Origin: Nitrospinaceae bacterium
GTDB lineage: Bacteria; Nitrospinota; Nitrospinia; Nitrospinales; Nitrospinaceae
DNA: 64,000 nucleotides
NCBI GenBank assembly: GCA_965223665.1
Contig: OZ245011.1
Coordinates: 3,840,001 to 3,904,000 of the forward strand
Direction: 5' to 3'
The position numbers and the translations under genes were made by a program. Position 1 is the stretch's first letter, and every line of letters begins with the position of its first letter. Shown here piece by piece: positions 10,660 through 20,188 of this stretch. The notes under the pieces were generated by a model that did no database searches, was not told where the DNA came from, and saw only the letters and a list, made by a program, of their open reading frames with translations.

Positions 10660-11590
10660 AAATCCTCTCAGCAACACGAAGCTTTGCGGAAGAAGCTCTT
10701 GGATTGCGTCTGATTTCTTCGGGCGAGGGAGCTATAGCTTTACGTGTAATAATTTTTAGACGGGGTTTTTTGCCGCAAACGCATTGTGGAATTTTTGGAG
10801 GACAAATACATCCTTTTTGTTCTGTCTGGAAGAAATGTTTAACTTTGCGGCTTTCTAATGAATGAAATGAAATAACTGCAATTCTTCCACCTTCATTCAA
10901 CAGTTCTACTGAATTTTGTAGACCCTTTTCTATATGGTATAATTCATTATTAACCGCAATGCGCAGAGCCTGGAAGGACTTTGTAGCAGGATTTTTCCTG
11001 GTTGGACGCGGGCGTGAGACCGCGCTGGAGAGGATTTTGGACAAGGCTTGGGTTGTTGCGATGGGGCCTTGACTCTGCGCATTGCGGATAAATCGTACAA
11101 TTTTTTTTGACTGCCTTTCTTCGCCATATTCTTTAAAAATTCTTTCCAATTCTTCATCGGGCAATGTCTCCAACAAATCCGACGCTTTGACCTTTTGATT
11201 TTGGTCCATTCTCATATCAATAGGGCCTTCCTTTGAGAATGAAAAACCGCGTTTAGAAGTTTCTAATTGATAAGACGAAACGCCTAAATCTAAAAGAAAC
11301 CCATCCATTCGATTAATTTGTTGGGCCTCCAGAATTTGTTTAATTTCGCTGAAGTTGCCCTTAATAATAGTAACTCGTTTGCCAAAGGGTGCTAACCGCT
11401 TGCGAGCTCTAGATAATGCCTCGCTATCCCGGTCAATCCCAATGACCCTGCATTGAGGGTCTGCCTCCTGTAAAATTGCTTCGGTTAATCCGCCGTCCCC
11501 TAAGGTTCCATCCACAATCAATTTCTTGTTTTGTGGGTCTAAATAATGGAGAACTTCCTTTGTTAATACTGGAACATGGTAATTCTCCAT
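10652..11590 (-). CDS. rsmH: 16S rRNA C1402 N4-methyltransferase
   Basis: HVPVL, DGTLGDGG, DLGVSSYQL, FQALRIAVN, ISFHSLE and NPRASSAKLR. Confidence 0.97.
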   Translation of the reverse strand: MENYHVPVLTKEVLHYLDPQNKKLIVDGTLGDGGLTEAILQEADPQCRVIGIDRDSEALSRARKRLAPFGKRVTIIKGNFSEIKQILEAQQINRMDGFLLDLGVSSYQLETSKRGFSFSKEGPIDMRMDQNQKVKASDLLETLPDEELERIFKEYGEERQSKKIVRFIRNAQSQGPIATTQALSKILSSAVSRPRPTRKNPATKSFQALRIAVNNELYHIEKGLQNSVELLNEGGRIAVISFHSLESRKVKHFFQTEQKGCICPPKIPQCVCGKKPRLKIITRKAIAPSPEEIRRNPRASSAKLRVAERIYE

Positions 11591-11623
11591 AATTGAAACC
11601 TTTAAACATAATGCGGTCCATTG

Positions 11624-12052
11624 TTAAGCGGATTCCTCAAAGTTTTCTGCTTCTTCGTGTCTGTTGGCAGCCCAAATTTCAAAGGACTCGAAACTGCCAA
11701 TAACATAAACATCTTTATTTTCATTTAAACCCGCGGCTTCCCTTAAATTCTGAGGTATCAGAATTTTCCCCGATTTCATTTCACATTTAACTGCCTTTTT
11801 AGCAGTATTTCGTTTTTTTTTACGGTCTCCCTCTTCGAATGGATTTAGATTTCTTAGGTAATCTCTTTGAGTTTGCCATTCAGTATTGGGAAACACGGTT
11901 AAATATTCCTTTTTAATATCCTCATCTTTGGATACAATGATTACTAATTGCGGGCCATAATGGTCATCCAATACCACGCGGTGTTTTGCTGGGATGTTGA
12001 GGCGGCCTTTTTCATCGAGAGTGGCCGGATAGGTTCCTAAAAAATCATCCAT
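11624..12052 (-). CDS. mraZ: dcw transcriptional regulator MraZ
   Basis: FLGTY..LDEKGRLNIP and a degenerate second repeat (SGKILIP..FEIW); first gene of the dcw cluster. Confidence 0.9.
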   Translation of the reverse strand: MDDFLGTYPATLDEKGRLNIPAKHRVVLDDHYGPQLVIIVSKDEDIKKEYLTVFPNTEWQTQRDYLRNLNPFEEGDRKKKRNTAKKAVKCEMKSGKILIPQNLREAAGLNENKDVYVIGSFESFEIWAANRHEEAENFEESA

Positions 12053-12088
12053 TAATTTGCCCGTAATTTAGGTTCAATAAGTCTTAGT

Positions 12089-12140
12089 CACTTTAGAACA
12101 CTTTAGACCCACTATAGGGCAATTTATTACACTTTGTCAA
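12089..12140 (-). promoter_or_regulatory. Sigma70-type dcw promoter overlapped by putative MraZ-binding repeats
   Basis: Minus strand TTGACA (12135-12140), N18, TATAGT (12111-12116). AAAGTG-like boxes start at plus-strand 12089, 12099, 12110, 12120 and 12130. Confidence 0.75.
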
Positions 12141-12367
12141 TACAAAAAGGGATTGCCTGAATTGCGCGAAGTTTAACTAATTGATTTATAGGGATTTTCG
12201 CTTTTCCCCAATTTGAGGCCTTCTCTCAGGTTATTGAAAGGAATTTTGACCTCGAATTTTTGCCTCTTTTCATAACACTTGGATTGTCCGCGAACTTTGG
12301 GGAAAAATGTCGAATTATTTTATAATTTTGCTTTAAAAATCAGCCTGTTGGAGGGTGGTAAATAACT

Positions 12368-12397
12368 TTGACATTAATAATTTCTGAATGATATTAT
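12368..12397 (+). promoter_or_regulatory. Putative sigma70 promoter of the ccm operon
   Basis: TTGACA (12368-12373), N18, TATTAT (12392-12397) preceded by TGn, about 70 bp before ccmE. Confidence 0.6.
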
Positions 12398-12465
12398 TGA
12401 ATCATACTTAGGAAGGCTGAGAAAAAATCGACTAAACCTTTTAAGATAAAGGGATTGCTGAGATT

Positions 12466-12954
12466 ATGCCGCATAAAAAAGTGAAATTTGCTATTGGTAG
12501 TGCCATGATTATTTTGGCCATTGGATACTTGATTTCCACAAGTATTAGCTCTACCTCGAAGTTTTTTGTGACTGTCGATGAATTAGCTGCATCCGCTGAT
12601 GATTATCGAGGGGCTGGTCTTAAAGTAAAGGGTAAAGTGGTAAATGGGTCTATCAATCGTAATCCAGATAACTATTTAGATGTTTCATTTAAAATTGAAG
12701 AGAAAAACTCTTCTTTGCCAGTGACTTTTCGAGGTGTAACTCCTGATATGTTTGAAGATGGTAGAGAAGTAGTGGTTGAAGGTACTTACGGTAGGGATGG
12801 AGTATTCCATGCGAACACATTGCTGACCAGCTGTCCCTCAAAGTATGAGGCGGAAAAGGAAGCGGGAAAAACTCATCCAGGTAACATACCTCTCGATAAT
12901 AAAAAACCGGCACTGCAGTCCCCGAATATCTTGCCGAAAAAAACTTCGATTTAA
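12466..12954 (+). CDS. ccmE: Heme chaperone CcmE, CxxxY variant
   Basis: N-terminal TM, KVKGKV..GSI, PDMFEDG..VVVEG, and CPSKY in place of HDExY. Confidence 0.93.
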   Translation: MPHKKVKFAIGSAMIILAIGYLISTSISSTSKFFVTVDELAASADDYRGAGLKVKGKVVNGSINRNPDNYLDVSFKIEEKNSSLPVTFRGVTPDMFEDGREVVVEGTYGRDGVFHANTLLTSCPSKYEAEKEAGKTHPGNIPLDNKKPALQSPNILPKKTSI

Positions 12955-13029
12955 ACCTTCCGATGGAATATTTTGATCAGAATAGCCTTTCTGTGTTCAT
13001 TTTTATCGTTTGATTAGGGAGAGGGTTCA

Positions 13030-15045
13030 ATGAACGATTTGGGAGAATTTGCCTTACTCTTAGCATTAGCAACTTCGGTCTACGGGGTTGTGGGTTATGT
13101 GATGGCCATCCGTGGCAACCGAGTTGATCTTTACCTAAGTGCAGATAAGACCCCCTTTATTGTATGGGGTTGTGTTGTAGTTTCTTCCATATGTTTATGG
13201 CGGGCGTTCTTTATTGATGATTTTAGCCTCCAATATGTTTGGGCATATTCCAATAAAGATTTAGACATTTTTTATAAAGTGGCCTCGTTTTGGGGAGGGC
13301 AAAAAGGGTCTCTATTATTTTGGACTCTTCTCCTAACCACCTATATGATGGTGGTATATATTCAAAACCGTAATCAAAATATCAGAGTGGTTCCGGTGGC
13401 TTTAACGGTGATGTTATCCATTACCGTATTTTTTCTCCTATTATTGAATTTTTCTACCAATCCTTTTGAGCGTATTCCTTTGCCTCCTGAAGATGGCAGA
13501 GGATTAAATCCTCTATTACAAAACTACTGGATGGTAATTCACCCGCCTACTTTATATTTAGGCTATGTGGGATTTACCGTTCCTTTTGCATTTGCTATTG
13601 CAGCCCTCATTACCAAAAACCTTGATGACGGCTGGATCAGAATGACCCGAAAATGGTCCGTGGTGTCATGGTTTTTTCTATGTTTAGGGAATTTATTTGG
13701 AGCCCAATGGGCCTATGTTGAATTGGGTTGGGGTGGTTATTGGGCTTGGGATCCGGTAGAAAATGCTGCTTTTATGCCCCTCTTAATTGCGACCGCTTAT
13801 TTGCATTCCGTTATGATCCAAGAGAAGAAGGACATGATGAAAGTATGGAATATGTCTCTAATTCTTTTAACTTACGTTATGACAATTTTCGGTACGTTTA
13901 TAACAAGAAGTGGCTTGATCCAGTCTGTTCATACTTTTGATGAAGCCACCTTAGGGTATTTCTTTCTTGGATTTTTAGGAATAGTGACCGTATTTTCTGT
14001 GGGTATGATTATTCGTAGGCTTCCCTTATTGAAAAGCAAAAATGAACTGGACTCTTTTCTTTCAAGGGAAAGTAGTTTTTTACTTAACAATTTGGTGCTT
14101 TTGGGAATTGCTTTTGCGACTTTCTGGGGCACAATTTTTCCGATTATTTCTGAAGCATTCCGAGGAGTTAAGATAACAGTTGGCCCACCTTTTTACAACC
14201 AGGTAAATGTTCCAATAGGACTTATTCTGTTAGCCTTGATTGGTATTGGGCCCGTCATTGCCTGGCGTAAAGCGACATGGTCCAATTTGAAGAGAAACTT
14301 TTCTAAGCCTTTGATTGCTGCATTGATAGGTGGGGTGGCTATGTTTCCTTTTGTCCCATTAACTGACAAATCAGAAATTTATACCTACATCACTTTTATT
14401 CTCTGCATTTTTGTGATGGCAACTATTGTTATCGAGTTTTTAAAAGGAACGGTTGCCAGAAGGCAGGCTAATGGAGAAAGCGCGGTCAATGCCTTTTCTT
14501 CATTAGTTTGGAAAAATAAAAGGCGCTACGGAGGGTATTTTGTGCATGTGGGTGTAGTCCTGATTTTTGCAGGAATAGCGGGCTCTCAATCTTATAGTAC
14601 AAGCTTGGAAAAGCATTTGAAAATTGGAGACAATTTTCAATTACGAGGTTATGACTTTACTTATGAAAAACTATTGGTTCGCCCTCAAAACGATACTAAA
14701 ACCCGGGTGATTGCTCAATTAGGAATTGAAAGAGACGGGAAAAGGGTGTTTACCGGTATGCCTGAAAAAGAATTTTATAAGGGACAAAATCAACCCGTAT
14801 CTGAAGTGGATTTATGGTCCTCGCTTAAAGAAGACGTTTATATGATATTGGCAGATTTTAATCCGGATGATAGTACTGCAACTATTAAAGTTTATATTAA
14901 TCCTATGGTTCGCTGGATGTGGATTGGAGCTTGGATTATTGCGTTTGGAACGGTAATTTGTATGTGGCCGGATCGTTTAGAAGCACGTCGTCGAGTCGAA
15001 CGCTTAAAACGGCAGGAGGCCATTTTTATGCCGGCACAAGAGTAA
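13030..15045 (+). CDS. ccmF: Cytochrome c heme lyase CcmF
   Basis: GLNPLLQ, IHPP, WGGYWAWDPVEN (WWD domain), AYLHS and SVHTF. Confidence 0.96.
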   Translation: MNDLGEFALLLALATSVYGVVGYVMAIRGNRVDLYLSADKTPFIVWGCVVVSSICLWRAFFIDDFSLQYVWAYSNKDLDIFYKVASFWGGQKGSLLFWTLLLTTYMMVVYIQNRNQNIRVVPVALTVMLSITVFFLLLLNFSTNPFERIPLPPEDGRGLNPLLQNYWMVIHPPTLYLGYVGFTVPFAFAIAALITKNLDDGWIRMTRKWSVVSWFFLCLGNLFGAQWAYVELGWGGYWAWDPVENAAFMPLLIATAYLHSVMIQEKKDMMKVWNMSLILLTYVMTIFGTFITRSGLIQSVHTFDEATLGYFFLGFLGIVTVFSVGMIIRRLPLLKSKNELDSFLSRESSFLLNNLVLLGIAFATFWGTIFPIISEAFRGVKITVGPPFYNQVNVPIGLILLALIGIGPVIAWRKATWSNLKRNFSKPLIAALIGGVAMFPFVPLTDKSEIYTYITFILCIFVMATIVIEFLKGTVARRQANGESAVNAFSSLVWKNKRRYGGYFVHVGVVLIFAGIAGSQSYSTSLEKHLKIGDNFQLRGYDFTYEKLLVRPQNDTKTRVIAQLGIERDGKRVFTGMPEKEFYKGQNQPVSEVDLWSSLKEDVYMILADFNPDDSTATIKVYINPMVRWMWIGAWIIAFGTVICMWPDRLEARRRVERLKRQEAIFMPAQE

Positions 15046-15049
15046 CCTT

Positions 15050-15550
15050 ATGATGAAACAGGTTTTTATTATTCTGACATTGTTGGTTTTGCTTTGTTGT
15101 GGAATGGGTTCCAAGGTATTCGCTGCAACAAAGATGGCTGATCTTGAGAATGCATTGATGTGTAAATGCGATGATAAATGTGGCAAAGTTTTGATTAACT
15201 GTACTTGTGATACTTCCAAGAAAACGCGTAAGGATTTGGCACAAAAGCTGGAATCTGGATTGACCGTTGAGCAGATTATCCAGACCTATGTAGATAAATA
15301 TGGAGAGACGGTATTATCAGCTCCTTCTAAATCAGGGTTTAATTTGACAGCTTGGGTGACTCCCTTTTTGGCCCTTGTGATTGGTGGTGTTGGTGTTCGA
15401 AAAATTGCTCAAAATTGGATTCGCAAGTCTTCCCCTTCTGCATCAATTGATAAAGAGTCTACCGCTGAGAACATTGAAAATGAAAATTCTAAAAAAGAGG
15501 TTAAATATTCCAACCGGTTGAAAAAAGAACTGGATAATTTGGAATTTTAA
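15050..15550 (+). CDS. ccmH: CcmH-like protein with a Cys-rich motif
   Basis: Signal peptide, LMCKCDDKCGKVLINCTC, YGETVLSAP and a C-terminal TM; immediately follows ccmF. Confidence 0.8.
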   Translation: MMKQVFIILTLLVLLCCGMGSKVFAATKMADLENALMCKCDDKCGKVLINCTCDTSKKTRKDLAQKLESGLTVEQIIQTYVDKYGETVLSAPSKSGFNLTAWVTPFLALVIGGVGVRKIAQNWIRKSSPSASIDKESTAENIENENSKKEVKYSNRLKKELDNLEF

Positions 15551-15554
15551 AAAT

Positions 15555-15890
15555 ATGTCGGGAGTTCATTTTCTTCAGTTCTTAATTGTTGTTGCCATTT
15601 TGATAATGGTAGGTATTCCTTTGTTTTCCAAGTTTCCTCCTCGAAAAATTTTTGCCCCCTTGAATCCTTTGGGTGAAGAATATAAGCATCTATTAGTTCG
15701 TAAAGAAGAAATTCTTCTCTCTATAAAAGAATTGGAATTTGACTTCAAAACCGATAAGGTTTCTAAGGCTGACTTTGACGTGATGAAAGTTAAATTGGAG
15801 AATGAGGCTTTGCAGGTTTTGGAAAAAATTGACGGGTTGGAGAAGCAATTAAAAAAAATCCCGCCTTCAAAAGCAACTGACATCTCCTGA
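15555..15890 (+). CDS. Small membrane protein resembling the CcmI N-terminal region
   Basis: TM followed by a coiled coil with IKELEFDFKTDKVS..DF; inside the ccm operon; no TPRs visible. Confidence 0.55.
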   Translation: MSGVHFLQFLIVVAILIMVGIPLFSKFPPRKIFAPLNPLGEEYKHLLVRKEEILLSIKELEFDFKTDKVSKADFDVMKVKLENEALQVLEKIDGLEKQLKKIPPSKATDIS

Positions 15891-15964
15891 AATTTTCTTG
15901 AAGATTGAGTTTAAAAATATTTTTAGTGATTGGGTTTCTTTTCTTTAAAGAAAGCGCATTCCGT

Positions 15965-16723
15965 ATGCCAGAAGAAATAAAATCGTCAAAGCTGGATTTA
16001 GCGATAGAAGTTTCAGGGCTTACCAAAAGCTTTGGATTTCTAAATGCTATAAAAGGAATTGATTTTAAATTAAATAAGGGAGAGTTCCTGACATTATTCG
16101 GTCCAAATGGCGCAGGCAAAACAACTCTTATTCGAATTTTATCTGCGCTTACGCGACCTACATCGGGCACTGCAATAGTTGCGGGTTACGATGTGAAAGA
16201 GGCTGGCCCGACAATGCGAAGGGAAATTGGGGTGATTTCTCATGCGAGTTACCTATATGGGGATTTAACACCTCTGGAAAATATTTTATTTTTTGCAGAA
16301 ATGTATAATGTAAAAAATGCAAAAGAAAGATCCCTGGAAGTAATTGAGGAAGTGGGTTTAAAAAAAAGAATGCATGATCGGGTAAGAACTTTTTCCCGAG
16401 GCATGCTTCAAAGGTTATCTATTGCCAGAGCCATAGTTCATGATCCCTCCATTTTATTTTTAGATGAACCTTATACAGGACTGGACCAACATGCTTCAAA
16501 TGTCCTAAAAGAGCAACTTCAGACTTTGCATACCAATAAGAGAACTATTTTAATGACAACTCACGATTTTGAGAGAGGGTTAGAAATGTGTGATCGTGTG
16601 GCAATCCAAGTCAATGGAAGGTTCGCGCTGTGGGATTCTGTTGAAAATATTAATATTGGTGACTTTGAAAAGACCTATTTGGAAACCGTGAAAATGAGCC
16701 GGGCTAACAACGCCTCTGTGTGA
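15965..16723 (+). CDS. ccmA: Heme ABC exporter ATPase CcmA (ATG 15965 preferred over TTG 15905)
   Basis: GPNGAGKT, FSRGM signature and LDEPYTGLD; precedes ccmB. Confidence 0.9.
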   Translation: MPEEIKSSKLDLAIEVSGLTKSFGFLNAIKGIDFKLNKGEFLTLFGPNGAGKTTLIRILSALTRPTSGTAIVAGYDVKEAGPTMRREIGVISHASYLYGDLTPLENILFFAEMYNVKNAKERSLEVIEEVGLKKRMHDRVRTFSRGMLQRLSIARAIVHDPSILFLDEPYTGLDQHASNVLKEQLQTLHTNKRTILMTTHDFERGLEMCDRVAIQVNGRFALWDSVENINIGDFEKTYLETVKMSRANNASV

Positions 16724-16777
16724 AACGAGGACGAATTATGTGCGCCATGATATGGTGAAAGGGACTGGAAGAAAAGA

Positions 16778-17458
16778 ATGGCCGGTTATTTAAATCAAAT
16801 TGCAATTATTGTTCGAAAGGATTTGATCACAGAGTTTAAAACAAGGGAACTGTTTAGTTCTATGTTTGTCTTTGGAGTTTTGGTAATTTTGATTTTTATA
16901 TTTTCCATTGATTTGAGCATTGTCAATGGAAACGATGTTGGACCGGGGATATTATGGGTAGCGATACTTTTTTCTGGAACATTAGGATTGAATCGATCTT
17001 TCACCTTAGAAAAGGAAAATGGTTGTTTGCAAGGTTTGATGCTGGCTCCAATAGACCGATCCGTCATATATTTCGGGAAAATGATCAGTAATTTATTGTT
17101 TTTATTAATAATGGAAGCGTTCATTTTACCAGTGTTTATGATATTTTTTAATGTGGATTTATTATCACATTTTGGTTCTATTTTATTTGTGATTTTTTTG
17201 GGGACTCTTGGGTTTTCTTCACTTGGAACCTTGCTGTCTTCCCTGGCATCTAATTTAAAAACTCGGGAGATAATGCTTCCAATATTGTTATATCCTTTAA
17301 TGATTCCAGTAGCGATCGGGGCTGTCAGGCTTACCGGTCAATTATTAGAAGGCAAATCTTTATCGGAGATGATGAATTGGGTTGGACTCATTGCATGTTT
17401 CGATGTGATTTTTATTGCTGTTTCCATAATGACTATTGACCATATTCTTGAGGAGTGA
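16778..17458 (+). CDS. ccmB: Heme exporter membrane protein CcmB
   Basis: About 6 TMs, KDL..E, PGILW, EKENGCLQGLML and LPILLYPLMIP. Confidence 0.92.
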   Translation: MAGYLNQIAIIVRKDLITEFKTRELFSSMFVFGVLVILIFIFSIDLSIVNGNDVGPGILWVAILFSGTLGLNRSFTLEKENGCLQGLMLAPIDRSVIYFGKMISNLLFLLIMEAFILPVFMIFFNVDLLSHFGSILFVIFLGTLGFSSLGTLLSSLASNLKTREIMLPILLYPLMIPVAIGAVRLTGQLLEGKSLSEMMNWVGLIACFDVIFIAVSIMTIDHILEE

Positions 17459-17462
17459 GGGA

Positions 17463-17612
17463 ATGGGAAATTTAGGGTACTTGTTTGCGGCGAATTTATT
17501 CGTTTGGGGAGGAATATTTTTATATTTATTTAATTTGATGCGAAAAAACAAAGCTCTAAAAAAAGATCTTGATATTGTTATGGAAACTCTAAACAAGGAA
17601 GATAAACAGTGA
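17463..17612 (+). CDS. ccmD: CcmD-family small membrane protein (49 aa, not in the ORF track)
   Basis: Manual translation MGNLGYLFAANLFVWGGIFLYLFNLMRKNKALKKDLDIVMETLNKEDKQ. Purine-rich RBS upstream; the stop overlaps the ccmC start (GTGA). Confidence 0.85.
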   Translation: MGNLGYLFAANLFVWGGIFLYLFNLMRKNKALKKDLDIVMETLNKEDKQ

Positions 17613-18319
17613 GCGAGGAGTCACGAGAACCGCAAGGATCAGGAATAATTTTATATGGGCTCACCCTGGTGACAATAATTGTTTCCATGGTAGCAATTTT
17701 CCTTTATGTTCCCACCGAAAAAACTGAAGGTCTTGTTCAGAGAATTATGTATTTTCATATTCCCTCGGCTTGGATAGCTTTTTTTGCTTTTTTCATAGTT
17801 TTTATATGTAGCATTTTATTTCTTTGGAAAAAGGAACGGGAATGGGATATTTATGCACATGCTTCCGCCGAAGTCGGAGTATTGTTTTGTACATTGGTTT
17901 TGATTACCGGGCCAATTTGGGCTAAACCGATTTGGGGAACCTGGTGGGTTTGGGATGCTCGGCTTACATCAACCCTGGTGCTTTGGCTGATATATGTAGC
18001 CTATTTAATGCTTAGGGTCCAAAGTGAAGCTGGTTCCACGCGTGCAAAGTATGCAGCGGTTGTTGGAATTGTTGGTTTTTTAGATATCCCGTTAATACAT
18101 TTTTCAGTTCTTTGGTGGCGTACTTTTCATCCACAACCCAAAATAATAACAACAGAAGGCCTTGGTGCTGGAATGGATAATTCAATGATAGCCACTTTGA
18201 TGATTTCTTTAGCGGCGTTTACTTTAATGTATTTTGTTTTAATGGGACAACGAATACGATTGGAAAAAATGAAGGATGAAATCGATCGAATTAAAAGAGA
18301 AAAGTTATACTCTCACTAA
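17609..18319 (+). CDS. ccmC: Heme exporter CcmC
   Basis: RIMYFHIP, WAKPIWGTWWVWDARLT (WWD) and WWRTFHP. Confidence 0.95.
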   Translation: MSEESREPQGSGIILYGLTLVTIIVSMVAIFLYVPTEKTEGLVQRIMYFHIPSAWIAFFAFFIVFICSILFLWKKEREWDIYAHASAEVGVLFCTLVLITGPIWAKPIWGTWWVWDARLTSTLVLWLIYVAYLMLRVQSEAGSTRAKYAAVVGIVGFLDIPLIHFSVLWWRTFHPQPKIITTEGLGAGMDNSMIATLMISLAAFTLMYFVLMGQRIRLEKMKDEIDRIKREKLYSH

Positions 18320-18878
18320 AAAATATATTTCAATTTACCTTGTATTGTTTGTTGGAGCCCTAATGGTATTTGTGAGTCATTTTTATGAAACACCCTTCAC
18401 AGTCGATGAGGTTCAAATTGACGAGCCCTCTTTGCAACAAAAATCTGAGGTGGGTTATATGGCTCCTGATTTCACCGTTAGAAACCTTAAGGGTAACAGG
18501 GTCAGTTTAAATGATTTTGAGGGAAAAGTGGTGGTTTTGAATTTGTGGGCCACATGGTGCGGGCCTTGTCGGGTGGAAATGCCAGGTTTTGAAAATTTGT
18601 ATCGTCGATTTCGATCAGAAGGGTTAACTATATTGGCAGTAAGTTTGGATAAGGGAGACTCCCAAAAAGTAAAAGATTTTGTAGAAAAATATAAACTGTC
18701 CTTCCCTGTCCTAATGGATGATGAAGGAAAAGTTGAAAAAAGTTATCAAACTTATACCATTCCAACGACTTTTGTGATTGATAAGAAAGGTCGTGTGGTT
18801 GCTAAGATTGATGGAGCGAAGAATTGGGAATCTGAACAGACCTTTGAGGCTTTAAGATTTTTGTTAGAAGCGGCCTAG
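18276..18878 (+). CDS. Membrane-anchored TlpA/ResA/CcmG-type thiol-disulfide oxidoreductase
   Basis: TM, APDF, NLWATWCGPCRVEMP and IPTTFVID; last gene of the ccm run. Confidence 0.9.
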   Translation: MKSIELKEKSYTLTKKYISIYLVLFVGALMVFVSHFYETPFTVDEVQIDEPSLQQKSEVGYMAPDFTVRNLKGNRVSLNDFEGKVVVLNLWATWCGPCRVEMPGFENLYRRFRSEGLTILAVSLDKGDSQKVKDFVEKYKLSFPVLMDDEGKVEKSYQTYTIPTTFVIDKKGRVVAKIDGAKNWESEQTFEALRFLLEAA

Positions 18879-18917
18879 TAAGAATGGTTAGATTCATTAT
18901 TTTTGGTAAAGAGTAAA

Positions 18918-19325
18918 ATGGACTCAGAGAAGTTAATTCTAGCAGTGAATGATAGTTTTTATGAGGCTTTTAATAAGCAGAGTATGGAATTAATGACTAG
19001 CGTTTGGTCAAAGGAAAATATTGCTACTTGTATTCACCCTGGCTGGCCAGTACTTCGTGGGATAAAGGATATTTTAAAAAGTTGGGGTGATATTTTTGAA
19101 AATACTGATCATATGGAAATTCGTTTGTCTGATGTTTCTATTTGTCAATCGACGGGAATTGCTTGGGTAAATTGTCAGGAAAATTTGTTCTCCATCAACA
19201 TGTCTGGAGTTCAAACCTCCAAGGTATTTGCAACAAACGGCTTTAAACTGGTTGGGGGTGAATGGAAAATGGCACTTCATCACGCGGCTGCAATTCCGGC
19301 TGATCCTTTGGCCAACCAAGGCTAA
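18918..19325 (+). CDS. SnoaL-like / NTF2 family protein
   Basis: NDSFYEAF, CIHPGW, ATN.F and WKMALHHA are typical of SnoaL_3 proteins. Confidence 0.8.
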   Translation: MDSEKLILAVNDSFYEAFNKQSMELMTSVWSKENIATCIHPGWPVLRGIKDILKSWGDIFENTDHMEIRLSDVSICQSTGIAWVNCQENLFSINMSGVQTSKVFATNGFKLVGGEWKMALHHAAAIPADPLANQG

Positions 19326-19366
19326 TTAACACTTTCCTAATTTTAATCATTTGAAACAAATAAAAA

Positions 19367-20128
19367 ATGAAAATATATAGTTGGAATGTAAATGGCATTC
19401 GTGCGGTAATGAGAAAAGGATTTATGGATTGGTTTCAAAATTTGTCTGCTGATGTTGTTTGCCTTCAGGAAATTAAGGCAAATATTGACCAGGTCGACCC
19501 AGTTTTAGTTGAACCTGAGGGTTATTTTTCCGTATGGAACTCTGCCCAGCGAAAGGGTTACAGCGGTGTGGCTGTGTTTAGTAAAAAAAAACCAAAGTCA
19601 ATACATTTAGGGATGGGGATTGAACGATTTGACGATGAAGGGCGTTATATTCGTTTGGAATATCCTAAATTTGATTTACTCAATATTTATTTCCCTAATG
19701 GAACTAGTGGCCAGGATCGGCTGAAATATAAAATGGATTTTTATGATGCATTTTTAAACCATTGTGAGGAGTTGCGTTCACAAGGGAAAAAGCTGGTTAT
19801 ATGTGGAGATGTGAATACAGCACATAAGGCCATTGACCTTAAAAACCCAAAGCAAAATGAAAAGAACTCTGGTTTTCTTCCTATTGAACGATCGTGGATG
19901 GATAAATTTGTTTCGCATGGATATATAGATACTTTTAGAGAAATAAATCAAGAACCAGATAATTATACATGGTGGACATATCGTGCAAATGCAAGGGAAA
20001 GAAATATTGGATGGCGTATAGATTATTTTTTTGTGTCGTCTGATTTAAAAAAGAAAGTTAAAGATGCTTTTATTTTACCGGAGATAATGGGCTCAGACCA
20101 TTGTCCCATAGGCCTTGAAATTTTCTAA
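19367..20128 (+). CDS. xth: Exodeoxyribonuclease III / AP endonuclease
   Basis: SWNVNG, CLQE, YFPNG, GDVNTAH, GWRIDY and SDHCP. Confidence 0.96.
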   Translation: MKIYSWNVNGIRAVMRKGFMDWFQNLSADVVCLQEIKANIDQVDPVLVEPEGYFSVWNSAQRKGYSGVAVFSKKKPKSIHLGMGIERFDDEGRYIRLEYPKFDLLNIYFPNGTSGQDRLKYKMDFYDAFLNHCEELRSQGKKLVICGDVNTAHKAIDLKNPKQNEKNSGFLPIERSWMDKFVSHGYIDTFREINQEPDNYTWWTYRANARERNIGWRIDYFFVSSDLKKKVKDAFILPEIMGSDHCPIGLEIF

Positions 20129-20188
20129 TTCAAAAAACTTAAATAAAACTAAACAGGTTTAGTTTTTTTTATAAGGAGTTACTCATAT

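Noticed and set aside
10760-10815. CICPPKIPQCVC insertion in RsmH
   Set aside because: This Cys-rich insertion is common in RsmH from many phyla.
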